A program made the translations under genes and the position numbers. A stretch of 64,000 nucleotides of DNA from Armatimonadota bacterium. Its GTDB lineage: Bacteria > Armatimonadota > HRBIN16. Where the stretch lies: NCBI GenBank assembly GCA_963677485.1, contig OY781964.1, positions 1,760,001-1,824,000 on the forward strand, written 5' to 3'. Shown in pieces: positions 19,079 through 28,577 of this stretch (position 1 is the first letter of the stretch; every line of letters begins with the position of its first letter). A model generated the notes under the pieces. The model was not told where the DNA came from and did no database searches. It was given only the letters and a program-made list of their open reading frames with translations.

Positions 19079-19603
19079 ATGAATAGTATTGTGGAGCATA
19101 TTATTGGATTTCTCAAGGAGCTTCCTGAACGGGCGATCTATATAGTGGTTGCGTTATTAGTGATCTATGCCTTCGCATATCATTCGCCTGATGACAAGGC
19201 ATCCATCATAATACTTGAGTATAGCAGCTGGATTAAGTACGGATGCTTGTTTCTATTCACTGTTTTCTCTTTGCCAGGTATAGTAAATTATGTATACAAA
19301 CGATGCATCATATATACCCTGAGTTGGGTCAGGGAGAGACGAAACGAGCGCAAGAACAGTCATATTAGAAGATTCGTTGCGGACCTTCCCATCGATCAAC
19401 GTTCGTTTCTAGCCAAGTTTGCGTTTGGAGCCAAATTAGTGATTTCCGTTGAGCACCGTATGATATCAACGCTTCACGAAAAATCGTTAATTAGGGTAGT
19501 AAACCCAAGTGACATTACCGATATATCTGTAGTATTTGAAGCAACAGACATAAGATATGCTAACTACGCTCGATATATGGTCACAAATCAAACAACCAAA
19601 TAA
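19079..19603 (+). CDS. Two-TM membrane protein, superinfection exclusion SieB-like
   Basis: Two TM segments then a cytoplasmic L...Q..FL..F...L..K.LI domain; directly downstream of cI; AT-rich. Confidence 0.5.
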   Translation: MNSIVEHIIGFLKELPERAIYIVVALLVIYAFAYHSPDDKASIIILEYSSWIKYGCLFLFTVFSLPGIVNYVYKRCIIYTLSWVRERRNERKNSHIRRFVADLPIDQRSFLAKFAFGAKLVISVEHRMISTLHEKSLIRVVNPSDITDISVVFEATDIRYANYARYMVTNQTTK

Positions 19604-19616
19604 TCACGATGCAAAG

Positions 19617-19685
19617 AGGAAGGGCCGCCGCTACTTCGTGCCCGACAACGAGGACGCCGGGGAATACGCCATACCCACCGAGGGC
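19617..19685 (+). pseudogene. Duplicated remnant of the cI 3' end
   Basis: Encodes RKGRRYFVPDNEDAGEYAIPTEG versus cI RKGRRFFAPDNEDAGEYAIPAEG; 32-bp exact match 19641-19672 = 18974-19005. Confidence 0.85.
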
Positions 19686-19810
19686 TTCGGTGTTAACTAC
19701 ATATTAGGTTGTTAAGTCCAGAATAAGTTGGGCAGACAAGAGTAGTTATAACAGTAGAGCTGAAGCAGCCACTGTATGACAAAATGTTGGAGTTAATGAG
19801 GATAATCAGA

Positions 19811-21220
19811 CTAAGACAAAGGATTGTAGTGTTGTAGAACACGCCTTATGCTAGGCGATAGTTCACAATCCGAAATGCCATGAAAAGTATTGTTACTTAT
19901 CAAGTGATCGACCATCTGCTTTTCATTGGTAGTTAAATCTGAATAGTTTTGCCACCACAGGTCAATCCTACCTTCTAACCTACATCGCTTTCTGTTGATG
20001 ATGTAGTATTCTGGCATCATTAGTATCTTGTTGAATTCCTTGATGTCTTGACCGAAAGCTTCTTCAAAGTAGCTCAACCTTGTCCCTACAACACCCTTAG
20101 TGCGTAACAACACACATTGGATCGCCCGAAGAGATTTACGATCCCAGTATTTACCAATGTTACCAGGTGTAGTGACTAGACGGTTTTTACTCATCAGGTT
20201 GATGTAGCGCATGGGAAATGAATATATCTGAAGCCCTAATTCTTCGTTGAGTTCAACATTCATGCGCATACGTTCATATAAATGTTCGGGTTGGTCGTCG
20301 TAGTTGAACAATAGGTAGTTGGAAAGATATACAAAACCGTGCTTAGCAGCTAACCTTATTTTCTCTTCATATAGTTTTCGATATGATATGTTGTCAAATG
20401 CAAGGCGTAATGGCTTCAAGGCGATTTCGCTAAGATAGCCCATTGAGATGTCTGTCAGTAATCGAATATCGATCCCTTGGTTGAAGTCTACATGCCTTTG
20501 GGCATGAATGACTCGGTCGCCTTTTGATCTGTAACGGAATACCGCATTTTTCGGAAATCCTAAGGACTTGATGTCACTGATGATCTCGAATAATCTATCT
20601 GAGGCAAGAACGTTGTTATCAAGTAATAACAGGTCCTTCTTGGGGCCATATAGTTCGGTTACTCGTTCAACTTGGTCTTTCAACGATAGATAATCCTTGT
20701 ATAATGGCTCTATCTGAGGCACGGCACAAAACGAACAACGCCGTATGCACCCTCGTGTCGCATACGCTATATATGCATTAGATGCTGGATAACAATACGC
20801 AATGTCATTCAATATACCGTAATCAGGCAGCATAGTTTCTACGATGTCATCGTCATCATATCCAAGCTTACCCTTTGTATCAAGTAGCCCTGACACTACG
20901 CGACATTTCACAGTCTGACGAATATCATCTGGCATCAGCGTAGCCAGCACACCACCAACAACAAGATTGTCGGCAATCGGTTCCTTAACACTTTCACCGT
21001 AATATCGTAATGCCTTGATTGTATGGGCCCAATCATATGTGAACAGACTGGCGATATATATGCGATCCCATCTCCATCGATCGCGATGACTGCTTGAGAG
21101 GCCTTTAACGAACTCCACATAATCGCCTTTTTCCTTGTGATACTGGGCGATTTTCATAAGACCTAGGGGCGGGAACTTGCTTCGATAACTTGGTTCAACC
21201 AGTAAAATAAAGCGGTTCAC
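19811..21220 (-). CDS. Radical SAM protein with B12-binding-like N-terminal domain
   Basis: TRGCIRRCSFC (CxxxCxxC), LLLDNNVL, VDFNQGID; N-terminal PPLGLMKIA...VGGVLATL. Confidence 0.85.
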   Translation of the reverse strand: MNRFILLVEPSYRSKFPPLGLMKIAQYHKEKGDYVEFVKGLSSSHRDRWRWDRIYIASLFTYDWAHTIKALRYYGESVKEPIADNLVVGGVLATLMPDDIRQTVKCRVVSGLLDTKGKLGYDDDDIVETMLPDYGILNDIAYCYPASNAYIAYATRGCIRRCSFCAVPQIEPLYKDYLSLKDQVERVTELYGPKKDLLLLDNNVLASDRLFEIISDIKSLGFPKNAVFRYRSKGDRVIHAQRHVDFNQGIDIRLLTDISMGYLSEIALKPLRLAFDNISYRKLYEEKIRLAAKHGFVYLSNYLLFNYDDQPEHLYERMRMNVELNEELGLQIYSFPMRYINLMSKNRLVTTPGNIGKYWDRKSLRAIQCVLLRTKGVVGTRLSYFEEAFGQDIKEFNKILMMPEYYIINRKRCRLEGRIDLWWQNYSDLTTNEKQMVDHLISNNTFHGISDCELSPSIRRVLQHYNPLS

Positions 21221-21242
21221 ATTCTTGACTCATTGTTCTTAT

Positions 21243-22262
21243 TTAACATAACGCACCGATTGTAGTTGGAAAGTGATTATCACATCGATCCCATTCACTG
21301 ATTTCTACGAATTTGTTAATGTAATAAGTGATGGTATCGCTTATTGAGAGGGTATCAAAATCTTCGTTAGGAAGTATACTAGAAATACTCACTAGTTGGT
21401 TGTTCTGTAGTTCAAACCGACTTGTACTCAAGAAATCAGTCAATGATTGGCAACTTGGCGGCAGAGGTTTGTCGATACCTGCGAATGAGCCTAGCATGGT
21501 ATATACTGCCATCTGACTCCGTGGTCCGCTAGTATACATGACAGTTGGAAGAAATAATGCAGTGATATTATTGCCGTCAAAGTATCGACTAAAAGTATGG
21601 TAAACAAACAAATCAAGCATTGGATGAGAGGCTTGAGTTTTATCTGAATAACATATCGGGTGGTCAGATTCAATGTATGATGCTACACTACGGCATTCAC
21701 CTGACAGATTTTTCATGAAGTTTGCCAGCGCATTTGTATGGATTTCATTGCGCACGGTCAGGAACGTTACAAATGGTTGACTGCGCTGTTCAACCGGTAA
21801 ATCAGTTTGACATTTAATTAAACATCTGATGGCTTCATACCGATGATTCTCGCTATTTTGATCATGGCCAGATATTGCTTGGCAAAAGTCAAGCTGGTAT
21901 AGCGTTACAAGATCATTCTGAACAAAGATCTTTCCGTTAAGATCTTGCTTATTGATCATGACTTCTTCGATCAAGCCAAAGTAGGTGTCGGATCGTATTT
22001 GATGTTTTAATCTTAGTTCCATAAGGTTCGCTTCTAGCATGTCGAGTGACCGTGTGTAATATTCGTCTTTATCTGGCTTTTCGAACGCACATACCCTTCC
22101 GATCATGTCAGTCCATTCGTGGATATCTTCAATATAAGGCCCGGGTAGACCAAGATAGAAATATTTACTTTTAATATGACATAACAATGTCTTAAGGATA
22201 GGTGTGCACCATTCGCTCCGGATGGTGTTCTTGCTTACACTACTCTTAAACGGTACCGTCAC
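21243..22262 (-). CDS. Uncharacterised protein, possible SAM-methyltransferase-like Rossmann fold
   Basis: YLGLPG...VCAFE...LDFC spacing; GTG start overlaps the ATPase stop (GTGA). Confidence 0.5.
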   Translation of the reverse strand: MTVPFKSSVSKNTIRSEWCTPILKTLLCHIKSKYFYLGLPGPYIEDIHEWTDMIGRVCAFEKPDKDEYYTRSLDMLEANLMELRLKHQIRSDTYFGLIEEVMINKQDLNGKIFVQNDLVTLYQLDFCQAISGHDQNSENHRYEAIRCLIKCQTDLPVEQRSQPFVTFLTVRNEIHTNALANFMKNLSGECRSVASYIESDHPICYSDKTQASHPMLDLFVYHTFSRYFDGNNITALFLPTVMYTSGPRSQMAVYTMLGSFAGIDKPLPPSCQSLTDFLSTSRFELQNNQLVSISSILPNEDFDTLSISDTITYYINKFVEISEWDRCDNHFPTTIGALC

Positions 22263-23857
22263 AGTTTATCCTCCATTGATGACAATAGACTTACTAACAC
22301 AGATTCATAAATGTCATGATCGACGTATGCCCTTATGATCTGATCGTCAATTTCTTTTATAAATGTGGCCATCGAAGGATTCGGCGATAAACCTAATTGG
22401 TCAACTACATCGAGTAAACTAGCAGGTGGTGCATCTCCATGTACCGACATACTGTTAGTTTGCAGCTGTTGCTGATTACGTATTTCTCTCAGAGTTGCAG
22501 ATACTTTACTATGACGTTTCGCTTTGTTGGTTCTGATCAACTCTGATATTTTGGATTCGATTGCCTTACAACGATCTTCAAAATCCGACAACTCCGTTAC
22601 CATGAGAGTTCTGAGTGTTTTTTTGTGCGACTGTACCCTCATCATTAACATAGTTAGTTCAAAGCTTGAACGTAGGAGCTTTTCCGAGTCTCCCTGAGAT
22701 CCCAGATATTGCTTCTCGATTTCATTGCAGGCATCTATAGCAGTTATCAGGACATCCTTAGCTTTACGTTCGTTTTGTAACTTATCAACTGCCTCTGAAA
22801 TATCTTTTGCTAGTTTGATCAAGAGTTGGTGGAATTTATCTCTGATCTGACTGGCTTCAAATTCATCACGAGCAGCATTTGGAAGTAACTCATCCAAGCT
22901 AACAATGACTTCGCCAGTAATTCTATCGAGAATTACCTTACGAGCAAAATACTGATAGGCATATGTTCTGCTGCCTATAGAAAAACCTTGCTTTTTGATT
23001 AATAACCCCCTAAGACTCTTGTTGATGAGCACATTGTTCGTGTCATTTGCGCAATACCAGCATATACCATAATGCCTGCTGGTATCTTTTACCTCAAGAA
23101 ATGCTGGTTTTTCACCTTCATTGTTGTTAAATATATCATTTGTATAGGGTCTGTAAACCATACGTGACGATCCATGTGACTCTATTGTAAAATTGATATT
23201 CTTTAAATTATACGAACTAAGTTTCGATTCTATTTCATCTTTCCATCGAAAATCCGGATTGAAAGGCAATGGTATAGATGACTGTATATACTCTTCAAGC
23301 CTCCTATCATCCTTAAGCCGGTCTCCCATGTCTGTCGACAATGATTTCATTACCACCATGGTCCCATGCATACTCATGAAATCCTCATTATCGTCTCCAA
23401 CCGTAATGGCCCTAGACATTACGGTTTCCAACCCTAGATCCCTTGGTTTTCCTTTCAGCATTTCTTTTTGTTCTTGAGCAATAAGGTCACGTATGAGTTT
23501 GAAGTCCATATCAACAACACTGCATCGATCGTCCATATCCCTGGTGTGTATGACTAGTCGATCGCATAGATGCAACGCACTGTATATTCCGATTCCACGA
23601 AAGCCTACTTGGGTTGTTGGGTTCTTACTGGACATTCCAAGCCGTATAGCTTGAGATGCCACATCTGGGCTCATTCCTGTCCCATTATCTATGACTACAA
23701 CAGAGTTTGACGTGATGATCACCTGTAGCTCAGTTGCACCTGCATCTATACCGTTTTGCGCATATTCACGAATTGCGTCGAACGGGTCGCGATATAGACC
23801 TAAAGTTAAAATAGGAAGTAACTCGGCCCCGATGTCAGTACTTTCGAATTTCCTCAT
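22259..23857 (-). CDS. GHKL (HSP90/MORC/MutL-like) ATPase
   Basis: REYAQNGIDA, IDNGTGMS, GFRGIG and GT.V motifs; LPNAARDEFE; coiled-coil C-terminus. Confidence 0.85.
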   Translation of the reverse strand: MRKFESTDIGAELLPILTLGLYRDPFDAIREYAQNGIDAGATELQVIITSNSVVVIDNGTGMSPDVASQAIRLGMSSKNPTTQVGFRGIGIYSALHLCDRLVIHTRDMDDRCSVVDMDFKLIRDLIAQEQKEMLKGKPRDLGLETVMSRAITVGDDNEDFMSMHGTMVVMKSLSTDMGDRLKDDRRLEEYIQSSIPLPFNPDFRWKDEIESKLSSYNLKNINFTIESHGSSRMVYRPYTNDIFNNNEGEKPAFLEVKDTSRHYGICWYCANDTNNVLINKSLRGLLIKKQGFSIGSRTYAYQYFARKVILDRITGEVIVSLDELLPNAARDEFEASQIRDKFHQLLIKLAKDISEAVDKLQNERKAKDVLITAIDACNEIEKQYLGSQGDSEKLLRSSFELTMLMMRVQSHKKTLRTLMVTELSDFEDRCKAIESKISELIRTNKAKRHSKVSATLREIRNQQQLQTNSMSVHGDAPPASLLDVVDQLGLSPNPSMATFIKEIDDQIIRAYVDHDIYESVLVSLLSSMEDKL

Positions 23858-24433
23858 GGCATTCCTCACTCATAGCATATGGTGCGATGCGGTATTGACG
23901 GTATCCAACTGTATGATACACTGGGCTAATACAGATATAGATTATAAACCAGCATACGTCATATTATCACCACATGCATATCTACGGTACAATTAGCGAG
24001 TATCCGTCTGAATGTTGTTGACTTCGAGTATGCGATTAACACATCGGATGATGATAACAATATGTCTGACACGAACTGCGTGTACTTCGGAGGAGCCCAT
24101 AAAACCAAACATACTGATAGGCTCAAGAATCAACATCAAATTTGTCCAAATGACTATATACCCACCAAATATCGAGAGATCACAGCATACCAAACATCGA
24201 CATGTCAATATACCAACTACAGGCGAGTTCGGATTCTAGCCAATTTGTTACATTAGTCGAGTATCATGATCCTTCGATCAGTAAAACATAGAGAAGTGTC
24301 ATTATATTGCGATAATATGGTTTGGTATGGAATTACTGTTCTTACCGGCATTAATAATACATACTCACATGATACATCCACAACTCTACTAGATTGTGTA
24401 ACAAATACCCAAAAGAGTTCATTCCCACCTCCC

Positions 24434-27262
24434 TCACCCCTGCCTGCACCTCACGCACCTACCCCCACCGGGTAGGCTGCGCTTCTGGCAGATCAACTTG
24501 CCCTGCTTGTTCCGCCGCAGCACCAGCGGGCCGACACGCTTCGACCAGTGGGCCACATGCAGCCCGCGGCTGTGCCACCAGAGCGGTGCCTCCTGGCACG
24601 GGTAGACCTGCGACACCGTAAGCGACGGCCGGAAATCCCAGCTACAGATGTCACCGGTCCAACCTACCAACTCCTGGCCGTCACGTAACAGTGAGTGGTC
24701 CAGGTAGTGCTTCCCGCCCGGGTTCATGGCCAGCAGAACGCCGTTCGTACCGGTGGCCACACTTTGCACCAGCGTCTCGCCAGCCTTCAACTCCACCGTG
24801 TCATTCGCAAGCCCCGCACCCACCGCACTGCCGTGCAGTATCGTGGCCACACGCAGCACCAGCTCGTCATCGCCCAGGTTGAACGGGTCATGTACCCCGG
24901 CGAACCAGTCTATCGCATCCGCCAGTGACTGCACCTTCGTGCTGCCCAACCCCAGAGCCGACTGCACCTGCGGGCTGGCGGTCCAGATCACACCGTGGCC
25001 ACCCCACCGGCAGCCTACTCCGGCTAGCACCCACTCATATACGCTGCCCGTCGCCGGGGTCGGGATGCTTACGCTCCAACCTGGCCAGCGTCGTAGCACC
25101 CCCACCGGAACGTCTGGAACACCAAACCGCCAGAGGTTGAACTCATGCTCCTCGACCACCTGAACCGCCACGCCGGTCACGATCTTGAGCTCCCAGGCGA
25201 AGATATCAAATTCACCGAGCTCCTCACTGACCAGGTGCGACGAGGTGCGGACTATGTCAAACGCCTCCAGGTTCGGCAGACCATCGCATACCCCAAGCAG
25301 CAGACGCCTCCGCCAGTGCTTACGCTGGGTGGTGTCCTCTTCGTTAAGCTGGTCATACCGCTCCTCGCGTATCCACTGGTTCAGTGGGGGAAGCAGCCAC
25401 ACTAGCGGCTCCGACTTACGAAACAGCTCCACGCTGCCCAGTATCCAGCCGTCACCGTCAGTGGTTGGTACCTCAACCTCAATCCACTCCGGAAGGGTTA
25501 CCCCGCTGAGGGTTCCATCGAGTGTGGGTTGTGGCCACCGGCTCAAGGTGTTTGGCCGCGCGAGCTCGCCATGGTTGCCGGTCGGCGGTGGGTTCCCACC
25601 TTCAGACACAAGCCCGGTGATGTCCGGCCTGGCCAGGTCTATCTCTATCGTGCCGTCCGCCTTCACCTTCGTGGTCCAGGTCTTTACCGCCAGGCTCGGG
25701 TTCTCCCAGCTCATCGTGGCGGGGTCCGGGTAGAGTGCAGCCAGGTTGTCTTGCTTGATCCGCACCGTTACTGTGTCGAGGGGTAGAGGCGTGTGGTCAC
25801 GCTTGAGGTTGATCCGCAGATAGCGGTAACCCGCGAAGGTAGGCCGCGGGGGACGGCTGGGGCTCTCGCCAAACTGCTCGGTGTCCCACTCTAGCGTGCG
25901 GCGCAAGGTCATGGCCACCGCCCCGGTGTCCGGCGTGATACGAGCAACCAACCCGTCCGGATCAAGGCTGCCGTGTGCGACCGTCCAGCGGCCGCAGGTG
26001 AGCGAACCCCCAGAGACCCAGGCACCAGATGCGAGTGTATAACCATCCTCCGCCCAGCCTAAGCCAAGCGAGCTCATCGCCGCATGTGATAGAGTCGGGC
26101 CATCGACCGCCCACAGGTGCATCAGCATCCGGTTATCCTGCCAGGTTCGGTATGGCAGGTAGTCGCTCCAATCCTCCGGCAGATCGTGGTATTCGTTGGC
26201 CAGGCTCCATACCGGGTTCAGCCCGACCGACAGATCGCCCCAGTTCGACCAGGTGCCGCCGTCCGAAAAACGGCCCGTCCCGCTGCTGGCGTTGAAACTC
26301 CAGAACCACATCCGCTGCGTGATGCCTTCCGCATAATAACCGTCAGTGGCTGCGACGATGGGCAGGGCGGTGTCGTTGCCGTGTCTGCTGACCGCAAGCT
26401 CCGAAGGTATCCCGCCGCCCGCAGGGTTGAGCACCGCGCAGGTGATGGACACCTCACGCGTCAGGTGCCAGCCGCCCGCCATGACCGTGGTCATGCTTGC
26501 ACCACCGCTGGTCGGAGTGGCTCTGCCCACAAGGTGGCCGTCACCCAGCTCCCCACTGCAGGTACCGCCGCTATAACTCCATGTTGGTGATGCACCGTCG
26601 CAGTGGTAATGACCGTTCGAGCAGATGATATTCACCCGCCCCTCGGCGGTCTGTGTGCCAGCGATCGCCGTCACTGTGGCACTGGCGTGCAGCTCGTTTG
26701 GTAGGTCAGCCCCTACCGTGCCGCAGGTGCCGGTATAGGTGCCGATGTTGGTGACGAGCGTCCAGGTGGCCAGCTCCCGTAGCCGAAGCCACAACCTGCA
26801 CTTGGTGCGGTCTGGTGTATCCCTCTGAAAGCCCCGGTGATGGAAGCCCACAAAGCCCGCGCCGTCACCCTCACCCATGGTCAGCATGTCCGCCATCACG
26901 TCACATGGCGCACTGAACGTCAGTGAGCCCGCGTGGGGCTGGGTATGGACACCCTCCGGCAGACCAAACCGGATACTCATCGTGGCCCACTCCGCCGGTG
27001 CTGGTTGTCCGCTCGGGTAGGTCAGGGTGTAGTCGAATGGCAACTGGTCAGTATGTGGCCAGCTCACATCCGGGTATGCCCCCGCCGTGATGTTACCAAC
27101 CGAAAAAGCACCCACAGAAAGCGGAGTGGTGGCCGATAGCGACCCATTGGCGGTGATGCGGGAATGCAGGAATGGCATGAAGTTATCCCTGTAGACCTCA
27201 ATCTTCGCCGCGTGGTAGAACTGAATGGTCCAGGTGACGGTCTGTTCATCGATCTTTATCAT
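24434..27262 (-). CDS. Large phage tail-tip / host-recognition protein
   Basis: 942-aa G/T/W-rich ORF at the end of the tail operon; ATGA coupling. Confidence 0.6.
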   Translation of the reverse strand: MIKIDEQTVTWTIQFYHAAKIEVYRDNFMPFLHSRITANGSLSATTPLSVGAFSVGNITAGAYPDVSWPHTDQLPFDYTLTYPSGQPAPAEWATMSIRFGLPEGVHTQPHAGSLTFSAPCDVMADMLTMGEGDGAGFVGFHHRGFQRDTPDRTKCRLWLRLRELATWTLVTNIGTYTGTCGTVGADLPNELHASATVTAIAGTQTAEGRVNIICSNGHYHCDGASPTWSYSGGTCSGELGDGHLVGRATPTSGGASMTTVMAGGWHLTREVSITCAVLNPAGGGIPSELAVSRHGNDTALPIVAATDGYYAEGITQRMWFWSFNASSGTGRFSDGGTWSNWGDLSVGLNPVWSLANEYHDLPEDWSDYLPYRTWQDNRMLMHLWAVDGPTLSHAAMSSLGLGWAEDGYTLASGAWVSGGSLTCGRWTVAHGSLDPDGLVARITPDTGAVAMTLRRTLEWDTEQFGESPSRPPRPTFAGYRYLRINLKRDHTPLPLDTVTVRIKQDNLAALYPDPATMSWENPSLAVKTWTTKVKADGTIEIDLARPDITGLVSEGGNPPPTGNHGELARPNTLSRWPQPTLDGTLSGVTLPEWIEVEVPTTDGDGWILGSVELFRKSEPLVWLLPPLNQWIREERYDQLNEEDTTQRKHWRRRLLLGVCDGLPNLEAFDIVRTSSHLVSEELGEFDIFAWELKIVTGVAVQVVEEHEFNLWRFGVPDVPVGVLRRWPGWSVSIPTPATGSVYEWVLAGVGCRWGGHGVIWTASPQVQSALGLGSTKVQSLADAIDWFAGVHDPFNLGDDELVLRVATILHGSAVGAGLANDTVELKAGETLVQSVATGTNGVLLAMNPGGKHYLDHSLLRDGQELVGWTGDICSWDFRPSLTVSQVYPCQEAPLWWHSRGLHVAHWSKRVGPLVLRRNKQGKLICQKRSLPGGGRCVRCRQG

Positions 27263-27708
27263 GCTGGCGTCTCAGGCTGCGACTTACACTCCTCTGTCGT
27301 GGTGATCAACACTGCCGGGTCATCTTCTTCACCTATGAACCGGATACGCCCGGATTCGGTGATCTCGGCCGGACGTGGTCTGAACTCGAACTTGCCGGTC
27401 TCTTCGGAATACTGAATGTCGGTGGCCAGGAACACCCGCACACCGTGCCCCTGGTTGGCGGTCCATGTGTCGGTGTCCCTGGTTCCTTGAACATGACCGA
27501 GCTCGACGATCGGGCCGTCTGCCTCTGGGACAATCACCCCGGAGCCACCCCTCGATGGAACGGTGGCACTGACCATCTGACCGCGGGGGCTGCGGCTCAC
27601 CTGAATGCCGTTACCCGGCACCACAAGCAGGCTCTCCAGCATATCGAGCAGCGCATTATAGTCCGCCCAGGTCACTTGCTCCCCTGGGCGTTTACGGCTG
27701 CCTATCAT
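27259..27708 (-). CDS. Phage minor tail protein (hypothetical)
   Basis: Position and ATGA overlaps on both sides. Confidence 0.55.
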   Translation of the reverse strand: MIGSRKRPGEQVTWADYNALLDMLESLLVVPGNGIQVSRSPRGQMVSATVPSRGGSGVIVPEADGPIVELGHVQGTRDTDTWTANQGHGVRVFLATDIQYSEETGKFEFRPRPAEITESGRIRFIGEEDDPAVLITTTEECKSQPETPA

Positions 27709-28577
27709 TCCGGTAACTCGCCAGGTGGATCATCACCCGCTTTAACCGGGATACCAAGCAGCGTGGCCATGTCCACCGCTGCGTACTTCTTCACGGCCTC
27801 CGGACCAATCGGTGTGTCCCACGCCCCCTCACCAGCGGGGCCAGCCACATAGACTGGCGTGCCGATAAGTTTCTGGTCGGTGGTGTAGTCATCTTTACCC
27901 GCGTCCTTGTCTTGCCAGAACCGCTCGCGTCCATCGGCGGTTCTGGCTTGCAGTGGTTCACGCCACTCCTCATTCCAGTTGCGTTTTCGCATCCCGAAGG
28001 TGAAGATCACCTTGCTGTATTCGAATGCGCCTGTGAACGGGTCATACTTGGTGTCCTGCGAGACGTCCTGAAGCAGCAGCCGACCGACATTCACCCCCCG
28101 GAATACACGGTCATTGATACAGCCGATACAGGCCATGAGCATCGCAGACCGGTCCACTACCTGACGCATGGTTAACTGCAGGTCACCGCTAAATTCTGGC
28201 ATGGAAATATCCTGCGTCACCTTTGTGCTGGCGGTCTCCCACGTCCAGCCGATGAGCTTCTGGCCGCTCTCAAGACGGCCTCGCAGGTTCTCCTCAACCC
28301 ACTCTTCGGCATTCTCTTTAAGGTCCTGGCTGGTGCTATACTGGGCAGTGATGCGGGCTATCATGCCCTCGGCGGTTTGTGCGATCTGCCTGTGTGACAG
28401 GTTGACGATCCGCAGGATAGGCATGTCCGGCCACCCGTCACCCTTGACCGGAAAGCCGCGCATATACGGGTCATAATCGGGTTCTATCTCATCCCATAGC
28501 ACCGTCCAACTGCGCTGCGCGGTGAGACCATTACCGCTGACTTCCACATTACGGCTGGCAATATCCTCGGCAAACAT
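27705..28577 (-). CDS. Phage tail protein following the tape measure (distal-tail position)
   Basis: TAATG coupling to the TMP; beta-rich. Confidence 0.55.
   Translation of the reverse strand: MFAEDIASRNVEVSGNGLTAQRSWTVLWDEIEPDYDPYMRGFPVKGDGWPDMPILRIVNLSHRQIAQTAEGMIARITAQYSTSQDLKENAEEWVEENLRGRLESGQKLIGWTWETASTKVTQDISMPEFSGDLQLTMRQVVDRSAMLMACIGCINDRVFRGVNVGRLLLQDVSQDTKYDPFTGAFEYSKVIFTFGMRKRNWNEEWREPLQARTADGRERFWQDKDAGKDDYTTDQKLIGTPVYVAGPAGEGAWDTPIGPEAVKKYAAVDMATLLGIPVKAGDDPPGELPE

Noticed and set aside
19811-21220. Prokaryotic viperin
   Set aside because: Longer than viperins, has a B12-binding-like N-terminal domain with an internal CxxxCxxC, and lacks the viperin N-terminal motif context
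23870-24430. Small ORFs upstream of the ATPase operon
   Set aside because: Short, mutually overlapping on both strands, no RBS or motif support; more likely promoter DNA
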